Source of the DNA: Macrostomum lignano
Taxonomy: Eukaryota
Assembly (NCBI GenBank): GCA_002269645.1
Contig: NIVC01003341.1
Coordinates: forward strand, 1 to 64,000
DNA length: 64,000 bases
Reading direction: 5' to 3'
In this document: in pieces, positions 14,201-26,200 of the stretch
Numbering within the stretch: the first letter of the stretch is position 1
How the letters are laid out: each line of letters starts with the position of its first letter
Made by a program: the position numbers and the translations under genes
The notes under the pieces: generated by a model
Databases searched by the model: none
The model's input: the letters and a program-made list of their open reading frames with translations, nothing else
What the model was told of the DNA's origin: nothing

Positions 14201-15602
14201 TAGTGTTGAAAGTTAATGCAGACGCACCCTATTTATGATCTTAGGTTAGATAAACGCAAAATATTAAATACTTAGTTTTGTGGCATTGTGGTGAGTAGCT
14301 AAGAGATTTTAGAAATGAAAGAAATGACATCGAAACTTTGGTAAAATTGTTTTTTTGCTTTTACCCTTAGCAATCAGTATGATGACCCAATCAGTATGAT
14401 GACCCAATCAGTATGATGACCCAATCAGTATGATGACCCAATCAGTATGATGACCCAATCAGTATGATGACCCAATCAGTATGATGACCCAATCAGTATG
14501 ATGACCCAATCAGTATGATGACCCAATCAGTATGATGACCCAATCAGTATGATGACCCAATCAGTATGATGACCCAATCAGTATGATGACCCAATCAGTA
14601 TGATGACCCAATCAGTATGATGACCCAATCAGTATGATGACCCAATCAGTATGATGACCCAATCAGTATGATGACCCAATCAGTATGATGACCCAATCAG
14701 TATGATGACCCAATCAGTATGATGACCCAATCAGTATGATGACCCAATCAGTATGATGACCCAATCAGTATGATGACCCAATCAGTATGATGACCCAATC
14801 AGTATGATGACCCAATCAGTATGATGACCCAATCAGTATGATGACCCAATCAGTATGATGACCCAATCAGTATGATGACCCAATCAGTATGATGACCCAA
14901 TCAGTATGATGACCCAATCAGTATGATGACCCAATCAGTATGATGACCCAATCAGTATGATGACCCAATCATTATGATGACCCAATCAGTATGATGACCC
15001 AATCAGTATGATGACCCAATCAGTATGATGACCCAATCAGTATGATGACCCAATCAGTATGATGACCCAATCAGTATGATGACCCAATCAGTATGATGAC
15101 CCAATCAGTATGATGACCCAATCAGTATGATGACCCAATCAGTATGATGACCCAATCAGTATGATGACCCAATCAGTATGATGACCCAATCAGTATGATG
15201 ACCCAATCAGTATGATGACCCAATCAGTATGATGACCCAATCAGTATGATGACCCAATCAGTATGATGACCCAATCAGTATGATGACCCAATCAGTATGA
15301 TGACCCAATCAGTATGATGACCCAATCAGTATGATGACCCAATCAGTATGATGACCCAATCAGTATGATGACCCAATCAGTATGATGACCCAATCAGCAT
15401 GATGACCCAATCAGTATGATGACCCAATCAGTATGATGACCCAATCTGTATGATTCACCCCAAGCAAAAACCGGATTCCGCAACAGGAATCCCAGCTGGT
15501 GTAAGAAATTGAGCGTCGCATGACTCACATTTGAAGTGTGGCAGACAGCAGCAGAAGAGTCGCCAGGCTTCTGCCAATCACTATCTGCAGATTCAGCCGC
15601 AT
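11285..15602 (-). CDS. CUB-like + C-type-lectin-like type I membrane protein, copy 2 (intact, 427 aa)
   Basis: Exons 15602-15529, 14157-13865, 13671-13593, 13502-13255, 12023-11852, 11702-11285 (74+293+79+248+172+418=1284 nt) join in frame with canonical splice sites. Same architecture as copy 1; domain names are by motif inspection. Confidence 0.8.
14371..15456 (+). repeat. 17-bp minisatellite (aatcagtatgatgaccc), ~63 copies, in intron 1 of copy 2
   Basis: Near-perfect tandem array read directly. Confidence 0.97.
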
Positions 15603-17084
15603 TTCGCTCACTTCCGGCACCTAAAAACGCGATGTGAGGTGGACGCTGCATGCAGGAGATTCTGTGTCCCGCGCTCAGCATTTATGGGTAAAGACGGGAA
15701 ATTGCCGAACAAGCTGGATATTCGTAAATGCCATCAAACTTCTTGTACACGTACGAGCCTACTTCTAATTTAAGTATTTTAGTGTTTTAGTACCCGGATG
15801 TAGTGACACAATCAACTTGGCTTTTAGTTAACCCAACCAAGGAATTTCATATGGAATAAGCGTCTAGATTTGACTTTTTATTTGATTTTAAATATAAAAT
15901 TGCATCTGGTGAGACAGACTCAGCCTTTGCTCTGACTTTCATGAGCATTATTACATCCTAGTGCCTCTAATGAACCCCTATAGCTATGATACTACATGCA
16001 TTACAAAGAAATCTAATCAATCAATCAATCAAATCAATCAGTTGAATTAAAAAATCATTTAGCAATCGAAGTACAATGCACACACAGCCCTAATCGAACG
16101 ACAGTAGAAAATTCCGTGGGAACAAAAAATATTTTGTTTAACATTCTTAACTTCTATTATTTCTTCATTCTATCTTTCCTTAAACAAATATCTTGACAAA
16201 AAAGCACTCTTAACATTGCCATCAAATTATGCTCAAATTTCTTAAAAATTATGGTAACTAAGTGGTAACCCAACTCACTGTCCATGTGGACTCATACTCA
16301 CCAAGAGATGTTGGCCAACTCCAGCTTCCTGCAGACTTTATACAAGAAAAGTTAGGAAGGGAGCATCGTGGAAAACCCATGATTTTACAGGCGAAGCCGC
16401 GGTAACTCTGTGGCAGATCCAAGTCACATCCAAGTAAAACCCACGGCTTTTCCGCTCTTCCATGAAAATTCAGTCGGTAGAATTGTTTAAATAGGGTAGG
16501 AGTGTGGGGTATGCGTGCGCACAGTTGCCCCCCACACTTCTGTACGTAGCATGCCAGGAAAGAGAAGAAAGAGAAGCAGAGGAGGCACGCTCGATCTGTA
16601 TCGTGCAAATGCTTCCCGACCAAGCATGCACTGTTCCCTGTACGCCGCCTAACGCCAGTTCTGTACAAAAAAGAGAACTTCAGTTTTACAGAGAACTTTA
16701 GAGTTCTTTATTTATTTTTTTCGAAAGATGGTGAAATAAACAAATTTGCATGCATACAGATCCCACAAATAGCTCGTAAATAATAAGCCTACTGTTTAGC
16801 TCAAAGCAGTAGACTGCAGGGAATGATTACAAGCATGTAACATTGGGTCAGGCCGACGTTCCTGTCGTCTAAGTTAAGAGACTAAAATTTCTGTAGGGGT
16901 TCACAACGGTTTTCAGAATGTGTTTATGAATTCTTAGTTTAGTTCAGTTCAACAACTGCGAGCAGTGCGAGCTAAAAGTGCTGTGGTGCAGAAACAGCAT
17001 GAGTAATAGTTTTGTTGCTCTCATTTTTTCTTTTTGGTGGAGAACTTTAGCTAGAACTTTATGGTATGTTCCACATTATCTCGA

Positions 17085-17410
17085 TTCTACATTCCCCAGA
17101 TTTCATATCTCCCTCGGATTTCACATTCCCCCAGATTTTACATTCCCTCAGATTTCACATTCCCCCAGATTTACATTCCCCCAGATTTTACATTCCCCCA
17201 ATTCTACATTTCCCAGATTTCACTTTCCCCAAATTTTACATTCCACAGATTTTTCACCCCCAGATTTCACATTCCCCAGATTTTGCTTTTCTCCATGTTT
17301 CACAATCCCAGATTTTGCATTCTTTCATATTTCACATTCCTAAGATTTCAAATTCCTAAGATTTTACATTCCCCAAATTATACATACCTTAAATTCTACA
17401 TTCCAAGATT
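17085..17410 (+). repeat. Degenerate cagatttcacattccc minisatellite (expanded versus 7258-7485)
   Basis: Source of the spurious FTFPQI/FHIPP ORFs. Confidence 0.85.
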
Positions 17411-17800
17411 TTCCGGCGTCGCAAGGAAACAACAAGATACGCTGTCAGAGTCCTTTGACGGTAGCGGTACAAGTCGCAAAGAAGCCGACCGAATCAGGGT
17501 AGCCAGCGTCAGCCAGCAGGCTGGAGACAAGACGCAAACCCGCGATACGTCACCTGCCTGCTTGTGCCAGCTGGACGCTGCCCTCAAAACCATGTACGCA
17601 AGGCGAACCCCAGAAGCTATTTTTAGCAACACATCTGTAGAGTGCCATCTACATGTGCAAGCAAGTACGCTCGTACAAGGGGATTCTCTGGTCTGTGCTG
17701 AACGATCCTTTTTTTCTAAAATTCATTAACAAGCTGTATTTTTCTTTTGTCTTCTGCTTGCATGGCAGAAAGACTAAAACACACTGGCTTGTAAAGTTCT

Positions 17801-18888
17801 GGCGCCCCTTGCTGCTGGCGCCCCTTGGTGCTGGCGCCCCTTGGTGCTGGCGCCCCTTGGTGCTGGCGCCCCTTGGTGCTGGCGCCCCTTGGTGCTGGCG
17901 CCCCTTGGTGCTGGCGCCCCTTGGTGCTGGCGCCCCTTGGTGCTAAAGCCCCTTGGTGCTAAAGCCCCTTGGTGCTAAAGCCCCTTGGTGCTAAAGCCCC
18001 TTGGTGCTAAAGCCCCTTGGTGCTAAAGCCCCTTGGTGCTAAAGCCCCTTGGTGCTAAAGCCCCTTGGTGCTAAAGCCCCTTGGTGCTAAAGCCCTTGGT
18101 GCTAAAGCCCCTTGGTGCTAAAGCCCCTTGGTGCTAAAGCCCCTTGGTGCTAAAGCCCCTTGGTGCTAAAGCCCCTTGGTGCTAAAGCCCCTTGGTGCTA
18201 AAGCCCCTTGGTGCTAAAGCCCCTTGGTGCTAAAGCCCCTTGGTGCTAAAGCCCCTTGGTGCTAAAGCCCCTTGGTGCTAAAGCCCCTTGGTGCTAAAGC
18301 CCTTGGTGCTAAAGCCCCTTGGTGCTAAAGCCCCTTGGTGCTAAAGCCCCTTGGTGCTAAAGCCCCTTGGTGCTAAAGCCCCTTGGTGCTAAAGCCCCTT
18401 GGTGCTAAAGCCCCTTGGTGCTAAAGCCCCTTGGTGCTAAAGCCCCTTGGTGCTAAAGCCCCTTGGTGCTAAAGCCCTTGGTGCTAAAGCCCCTTGGTGC
18501 TAAAGCCCCTTGGTGCTAAAGCCCCTTGGTGCTAAAGCCCCTTGGTGCTAAAGCCCCTTGGTGCTAAAGCCCCTTGGTGCTAAAGCCCCTTGGTGCTAAA
18601 GCCCCTTGGTGCTAAAGCCCCTTGGTGCTAAAGCCCCTTGGTGCTAAAGCCCCTTGGTGCTAAAGCCCCTTGGTGCTAAAGCCTCTTGGTGCTAAAGCCC
18701 TTGGTGCTAAAGCCCCTTGGTGCTAAAGCCCCTTGGTGCTAAAGCCCCTTGGTGCTAAAGCCCCTTGGTGCTAAAGCCCCTTGGTGCTAAAGCCCCTTGG
18801 TGCTAAAGCCCCTTGGTGCTAAAGCCCCTTGGTGCTAAAGCCCCTTGGTGCTAAAGCCCCTTGGTGCTAAAGCCCCTTGGTGCTAAAG
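17801..18888 (+). repeat. 16-bp satellite (ggtgctaaagcccctt), ~68 units; first ~9 units are the ggc variant
   Basis: Direct reading. Confidence 0.97.
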
Positions 18889-20310
18889 TCGCCTATATTT
18901 GTGCGTCTTATATTTAGTGCGTCTATATTTGAGGTTTTTTATTTTAAATACAATGTTGTATCTAGTAAGACAACTTACCTGAGCATAATTATATTTCAGT
19001 GAATTTCTTACGAGCGTAGAATCTAATGACCCTTGTAGCTATACGTTATATTACGAAAAGTCATTGCATCTATTGAATTCAAACATCATTCATCAGCAAG
19101 CTAAATTTGCCTGTACAATTCCACTCACCAAGAGAAGTTTCAGCGCTTCTTGCAGCAGAATCGAGGGTGAAAAACAATTTCTACACACACAGGCAAAGCC
19201 ACGGCAACTCTGTGGTAAGACCAAGTGAAGTCCACGGATTTTCCGTGGATTTTTCCTGCAGTGAAGCACGCATTCAATACTCGTACAAGGTTATTCCACG
19301 GCTTTTCCGGCTAAATCCAGAATTGTAATGTTTTTTATGCTTGAAATTCAAAGAAAACGTGAGTACAGTGCATGCGCACACAGTTGCCGCCCAGTTAAAA
19401 GGCGCAATGCCTACTCTACATGGCTCGCACTGTGTTAGTCAGCAAAGAAATATCGCAAAGTAGAGTGAAACAGGGTGTACGCCCCAAAGTGTACGCTTTG
19501 GTTGGTATTGCACGGTGCAACTAAGTACAGGCAGCACTGCACGTTTAAAAAGGAACTCGTTTTTTGCGCTTTGTAAGGCCGTAAGTTTTTCGCAACCAAG
19601 CGATCGGAGTTTTGCAGCTGTATGAACGCGTATAGGTTTCTCAACATTGTATCAACAAAAATTAAGCACCACTTCAAAAGAGGCCCAGAACTTCTAAAGA
19701 AATCTCCTAAGAATTGCTGGCTAGTTTTAAGAAATGTTTGATTTGATCTGATTCTGATAATTGCATCAAATTTCAGGTCGTAAATACTGACATAAAAATA
19801 ACTGTATGATTACTAAACCCTGTATCTGCTAAACTGCAAGTAATAAGATACAGACTCAGTATCTGTACGATGTCTTCGACGTCTATCGTCTCAGACAGAG
19901 AATAAAAAGCCCAGAGTATTCTCCGTTCAATTTATTTCTTGCGTGATAGCTCGGATGCCGAAATAGACAACAGGGTGCTAGAATGGAAACCAGGACAGCT
20001 ATAGGATGCTGAAATGGAAACCTGGATGCTGGAATGACAATGGAATAGTTTCTTAATACTTTCTTTATAGTTTCTTATATGCTTCTTATATGTTTCTTAT
20101 ATGCTAATACTTAATAGTTTCTTAATCTTTTGTGATTAAATGATCTGTCTCAGCTGGTCACCTGTAAATTAATTTTAAAAGAGGTAAACTGTTCTTAGCC
20201 AGCGAAGGCACCCGGGAAGGGGCAAGGAAGGGGCGAGGGGCGATGGGCAAGGGGCCCACAAATAGGCTGGCAAAAACACATGTAATAGGTGATTATCCGC
20301 TGACTTTGCG

Positions 20311-22180
20311 CCCCCTTGGTGCTAAAGCCCTTTGGTGCTAAAGCCCCTTGGTGCTAAAGCCCCTTGGTGCTAAAGCCCCTTGGTGCTAAAGCCCCTTGGT
20401 GCTAAAGCCCCTTGGTGCTAAAGCCCCTTGGTGCTAAAGCCCTTGGTGCTAAAGCCCCTTGGTGCTAAAGCCCTTGGTGCTAAAGCCCCTTGGTGCTAAA
20501 GCCCCTTGGTGCTAAAGCCCCTTGGTGCTAAAGCCCCTTGGTGCTAAAACCCCTTGGTGCTAAAACCCCTTGGTGCTAAAGCCCCTTGGTGCTAAAGCCC
20601 CTTGGTGCTAAAGCCCCTTGGTGCTAAAGCCCCTTGGTGCTAAAGCCCCTTGGTGCTAAAGCCCCTTGGTGCTAAAGCCCCTTGGTGCTAAAGCCCCTTG
20701 GTGCTAAAGCCCCTTGGTGCTAAAGCCCCTTGGTGCTAAAGCCCCTTGGTGCTAAAGCCCCTTGGTGCTAAAGCCCCTTGGTGCTAAAGCCCCTTGGTGC
20801 TAAAGCCCCTTGGTGCTAAAGCCCCTTGGTGCTAAAGCCCCTTGGTGCTAAAGCCCCTTGGTGCTAAAGCCCCTTGGTGCTAAAACCCCTTGGTGCTAAA
20901 ACCCCTTGGTGCTAAAGCCCCTTGGTGCTAAAGCCCCTTGGTGCTAAAGCCCCTTGGTGCTAAAGCCCCTTGGTGCTAAAGCCCCTTGGTGCTAAAGCCC
21001 CTTGGTGCTAAAGCCCTTGGTGCTAAAGCCCTTGGTGCTAAAGCCCCTTGGTGCTAAAGCCCCTTGGTGCTAAAGCCCCTTGGTGCTAAAGCCCCTTGGT
21101 GCTAAAGCCCCTTGGTGCTAAAGCCCTTGGTGCTAAAGCCCCTTGGTGCTAAAGCCCTTGGTGCTAAAGCCCCTTGGTGCTAAAGCCCCTTGGTGCTAAA
21201 GCCCCTTGGTGCTAAAGCCTCTTGGTGCTAAAGCCTCTTGGTGCTAAAGCCCCTTGGTGCTAAAGCCCCTTGGTGCTAAAGCCCCTTGGTGCTAAAGCCC
21301 CTTGGTGCTAAAGCCCCTTGGTGCTAAAGCCCTTGGTGCTAAAGCCCCTTGGTGCTAAAGCCCCTTGGTGCTAAAGCCCCTTGGTGCTAAAGCCCCTTGG
21401 TGCTAAAGCCCCTTGGTGCTAAAGCCCCTTGGTGCTAAAGCCCCTTGGTGCTAAAGCCCCTTGGTGCTAAAGCCCCTTGGTGCTAAAGCCCCTTGGTGCT
21501 AAAGCCCCTTGGTGCTAAAGCCCCTTGGTGCTAAAGCCCCTTGGTGCTAAAGCCCCTTGGTGCTAAAGCCCCTTGGTGCTAAAGCCCCTTGGTGCTAAAG
21601 CCCTTGGTGCTAAAGCCCCTTGGTGCTAAAGCCCCTTGGTGCTAAAGCCCCTTGGTGCTAAAGCCCCTTGGTGCTAAAGCCCCTTGGTGCTAAAGCCCCT
21701 TGGTGCTAAAGCCCCTTGGTGCTAAAGCCCCTTGGTGCTAAAGCCCCTTGGTGCTAAAGCCCCTTGGTGCTAAAGCCCCTTGGTGCTAAAGCCCCTTGGT
21801 GCTAAAGCCCCTTGGTGCTAAAGCCCCTTGGTGCTAAAGCCCCTTGGTGCTAAAGCCCCTTGGTGCTAAAGCCCCTTGGTGCTAAAGCCCCTTGGTGCTA
21901 AAGCCCCTTGGTGCTAAAGCCCCTTGGTGCTAAAGCCCCTTGGTGCTAAAGCCCCTTGGTGCTAAAGCCCCTTGGTGCTAAAGCCCCTTGGTGCTAAAGC
22001 CCCTTGGTGCTAAAGCCCCTTGGTGCTAAAGCCCCTTGGTGCTAAAGCCCCTTGGTGCTAAAGCCCCTTGGTGCTAAAGCCCCTTGGTGCTAAAGCCCCT
22101 TGGTGCTAAAGCCCCTTGGTGCTAAAGCCCCTTGGTGCTAAAGCCCCTTGGTGCTAAAGCCCCTTGGTGCTAAAGCCCCT
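20311..22180 (+). repeat. 16-bp satellite (ggtgctaaagcccctt), ~117 units
   Basis: Same unit as 17801-18888. Confidence 0.97.
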
Positions 22181-22639
22181 TTGAATTTTCTTCTTGATTT
22201 TTTACTTTCTAGCACTAATGTACAAAACCGTTCTACTTACAGTAGAAGATTAAACAAAAATTCAAAGCAAACAAGACACTTAGAGATTTACTATTGAGTT
22301 GTGCATGCAGCGCATGCAGTACCCACCGCCACACAACTAATATTTAGAACAATACGTTTCCAAATATAATCTTTCATAATTTATAATCAGTAAAGGATCG
22401 TTCAATCCGTTTAAATTCAAAAGATTTTTTCAAAAAACACTTGACTCTCTCTTACTGTACTTGCCGAGTAACTGAAAGCAGAATAACTGGGCAGCGAAAC
22501 AACTTTGATAAAATATGAACAAACGAACACAAATTGCAGGTAGAATGGGAATGATTTCACTAGGAGGCTAAATTAATAGGTTAAAAGAGGAAGTCTCAAT
22601 TCGATAAATGTGTAAATTTAATCGAAGGCCCTGTTTGGC

Positions 22640-22946
22640 TGTACAATAATAATAGCAATTGATTTCACCTGCCCCAATTGGGCCAGATGTGCAACCGACA
22701 GCTCAGCCGCAGCTATTGCGCGGCGCATCTGAAGGCTGCGTACGGCTGTCCAGTCCAAGGACTGGAGGGGGGTCGCCACACACACCCTCAATTACCCCAG
22801 TTAATGCTGGCACCCATTTTACAGCTGGGTGAACTGAAGCAATGCAGAGTTAAGTGTCTATGTGTCTTTATCAAGGACACAAATTGTTCCAGTGGGATCA
22901 GGAATCGAACCCCAGACCTTCAAGTCGTTGAGTCCGACGCTCTAAC
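22640..22946 (-). mobile_element. tRNA-derived SINE family 1, body and 3' part, interrupted by the LTR element
   Basis: Minus strand has B box GGTTCGATTCC and the acttaactctgcattgcttcagttcacccagctgtaaaatggg core shared with copies at 30.3k, 37.4k and 44.3k. The 5' end (tgtacagcctagtggttag) lies at 27546-27563. Confidence 0.85.
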
Positions 22947-23248
22947 TGTGGTGTCTCAACAGACTAACACAGGAAACACGAGTACGTGGCAGGTAAGACT
23001 TTTTGCCGGAAAAAAGGGTACGAGCTCCACTTAGGGCAACCCGCGCTTATATTTGATATTTAACAGTAAATTGTTACACGATCGATAAATTCAACCGCCA
23101 AAATGTCACGTGATTAAAAAATACGTTTCACAATACAATATACGAATAATTTATTAACTGCACTACTTAAAGTAGAGTAGTAAGAAAAAGTAAGAAAAGG
23201 TTAGTTAGACGAACGGCCCTTTTACGGGCTCCTAGTCACGACACAACA
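22947..23248 (-). repeat. 3' LTR (302 bp)
   Basis: Matches 27244-27545. Confidence 0.97.
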
Positions 23249-23262
23249 TTTTCCCCCCTCCC
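23249..23262 (-). other. Polypurine tract
   Basis: GGGAGGGGGGAAAA directly before the 3' LTR on the minus strand. Confidence 0.9.
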
Positions 23263-23275
23263 GAGAGCACGGACA

Positions 23276-26200
23276 TCACAGTCCCGCTTGGTACCGCTCC
23301 GGAGGTCGTCGGGCCCTGGCCGAGCGCCTTGGTCGGACTTCGCCGGGAAGCCCCGCCGGCTGCGCCGTCGCCGCCGCATCGCTGTCACCGCCGAGTTCGC
23401 CATGCACCAGCGGGTCGAGCTCGGCGTCCTGGTCGCCGTAGGCCCTGGCGCTTGTGGGGACCAACGCCTGTTGATTCCAGGTTGTGCCGTCGCTCAGCCG
23501 GTACGCGGCGCCGGCCTTGGTCATGATCTGTAGCGGGCCGGACAGTCTCGTGGCCAGCTTGCCCTTCTTGATGGGCCGCCGCACTCGGACCCAATCGCCT
23601 GGTCGGAGGTCGCTGACTCGCGCCCGGCGGCGTAGGTCCGTGTAGCGCTTGGTCCGCTGTTGCCGGTCGTAGATGGTCTCGCGCAGTCGCCGTCCCTCGT
23701 CCGTCTCATTGATGTCTTTGGGCGGCGCCAGGGCAGTCAGCATCGTCCGCATCGATCGCCCTAGCATGAGCTCGGCGGGGCTCCTGCCCGTCAGGCTGTG
23801 CGGCGTGCTCCTGTAGACCTCCAGGAACTGGGTGATGGCGTCGGACAGCGGCGTGCAGTCTGCCTTGGCCGCTCGAATGCTGGAAAGCAGCGTCCGGTTG
23901 AGCCGCTCAGTCTGGCCGTTCGTGCTCGGGTGGTAGAGGCTGGTCTTGCGGTGTTGGATTCCCCGAGCTCGCAGGAACTCTGTGAAGGCCGCGCCGAACT
24001 GCGGGCCGTTGTCGCTGATGACCTTCTTGCAGAGACCCCAGCGAGCGAACAGGGACCGCATCACCTTGCAGACGGTTTCGGTTGTGATGCTAGCCGTGGC
24101 GAAGACCTCCGGCCACTTGCTATGCAGGTCCGTAACCACCAGCAGGAACCGGGACGATTGCGGCGCTTCGTGCAGTTCACCGACGATGTCGACGGCGATC
24201 TCCTCCCACGGACCCGCGGGCCACTCGATCGGCTGCAGCGGCGCTGGGTGCAGCTTGAAGTTCTTCTCCGCCGTCTCACACGCCCGCAGCCCCTGATGAA
24301 GGTTTCGACATCAGCGTCGAGTCGCGGCCACCAGACGGACTCTCGCAGGATCTGTTTTGTGCGCACCACGCCTGGGTGTCCGGTGTGCGCCTGTTCCAAG
24401 ACGCCGCGCCTCAGCTCCGCCGGAATGACGGCTCGCTCCTGAAACGCCAGGCAGGAAGCGTCGTGCCAGACGCTTAGGTGTTGTCGCGCCAGCAGGTACG
24501 GCTTGAGTTCGGAGTCCGCGGTGCGCCTGGGCCAGTCGCCGTTCAACACGTGTTGCCGCACCCGTCGCAGCGTCTCGTCCTTGGTCGTCGCCTCCGCCAG
24601 CTCGGACAGTGACAACGCGGGCACCCTGGGCATCGCGGTCTCGGGCAGCTGGACGAAGTTCATGTCGGAGCCGTTGCTCCACCGGGACAGGAGGTCGGCC
24701 ATGCAGTTGCTCTCGCCGGGTAGATAGCGGACGTGGAAGTCATACTGTTGGAACCTGTCGCACCACCTGTGGATGCGGAGCGGCCGGTGCCCGGTGCCGC
24801 TGGGTCCCATCAGCAGCTGCCGCAGAGACTGATGATCCGTTCTGAGCTCAAAGTGCCTCCCGTACAGGAAGAAATGCCACTTTTCCATGGCCCAGAGACA
24901 CGCCAGGGCTTCTCGTTCGTTGGCTGCGTAGCGCCGCTCGGTCTCTGTGAGCACTCGGGCGGCGAAGGCGATCGGCCGCTCGACGCCGTCCTGCAGCTGG
25001 GACAGCTGGGCGCCCAGGGCGACTGAGCTGGCGTCCGTAGTGACAATCGTGACGGCTGCGGGGTCGAACAAAGCCAAAACTGGCGGGCTGCTGACCGCCT
25101 GCTTCAGCGCGTCGAAAGACTGCTGGCACTCTTCGGACCAGCTGAACTCCGCGTCGGCCTTAAGCAGCTTGCGCAGCGGCTCCGTGATGTCCGAGAAGTG
25201 CGGGATGAAACGCCTGAGGAAGTTGGCGGCGCCCAGGAACGACTGCAGCTCCTTCTGGGAGGTCGGAGCCCGGATCTCTTCGAAAGCACGCGTACGCGAA
25301 TCGCCAACACGGAACCCGTCGCCGGAAACTAGGAAGCCGAAGAATTCGATCTGCGGCTGTCGGAACTCACATTTCTGCTTGTTCACTGTCAAGCCCCTGT
25401 CACTGAGTCGCCGCAGTAGAGCCTCCAAACAGCGGTCGTGCTCCGTCGTGGTGGCACCGAAGATGATGAAATCGTCGAGGATGTGCTCCACGCCGTCCAG
25501 GTCAGCCACCAGATCGTCGAGCATGCGCTGGAACGCCGCAGGCGCTGACGTCAAACCGAACGGCACTCGGCAGTACCTGTATAGGCCCTTGTGCGTGATG
25601 AAGGCTGTCAGGTCGCGCGAAGACTCATGCAGCTCCATCTGCATGTAGCCGGCCTTCAGGTCCACCTTGCTGAAGATCTGTCCTTTGGCCCCCTTGATCT
25701 TGGCAGCGATGTCGTCCAGCTGGGGCATCGGGTGTTGGTCGCATATCACCGCCTTGTTGGGCTCCCGGATATCGACGCAGACCCTGATGCTGCCGTCCTT
25801 TTTGGTGGTGGTCACCAGGTTTGACACCCAGCGACTCGAGTCGACTCGCTCGATGATGCCAGCCGCCTCCAGTTTGTCGAGCTCAGCCTCCACCAGCTGC
25901 TGCTTGGCCAGCGGTAGACGACGCAGAGGCTGGCGCACTGGCGGCACGGAGGGGTCGATGACGGGCTTGTGCACGGCTCCGCTGCAGCAGCCGATCTGCT
26001 CGCTAAAGGCCGCTGGGAACCGCGCCTCCAGCTGCTCCGCGACGCTGTTCACCTCGCTGACGTCCTCAGAGAGGCTCACATGGAAACCGAGCTTATCCAT
26101 GAGGTCTCGACCTGCGATGTTGTCGCCGTGCTTCGCGATGTAGAATAGGTGTTGCAGCGACCGGTTGTTGTGCTTAACGGGAACCGCCGCTTGGCCCACG

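Larger units (their letters stand above)
10590..17800 (+). repeat. Segmental tandem duplication, unit 2
   Basis: Direct repeat of ~30-7860, e.g. ccaaaattgtccatgcgctcgttttttcaccactg at ~156 and ~10669. Confidence 0.9.

Noticed and set aside
14371-15456. C/D snoRNA array (ATGATGA in each unit)
   Set aside because: CTGA is only on the opposite strand; no box pair or terminal stem.
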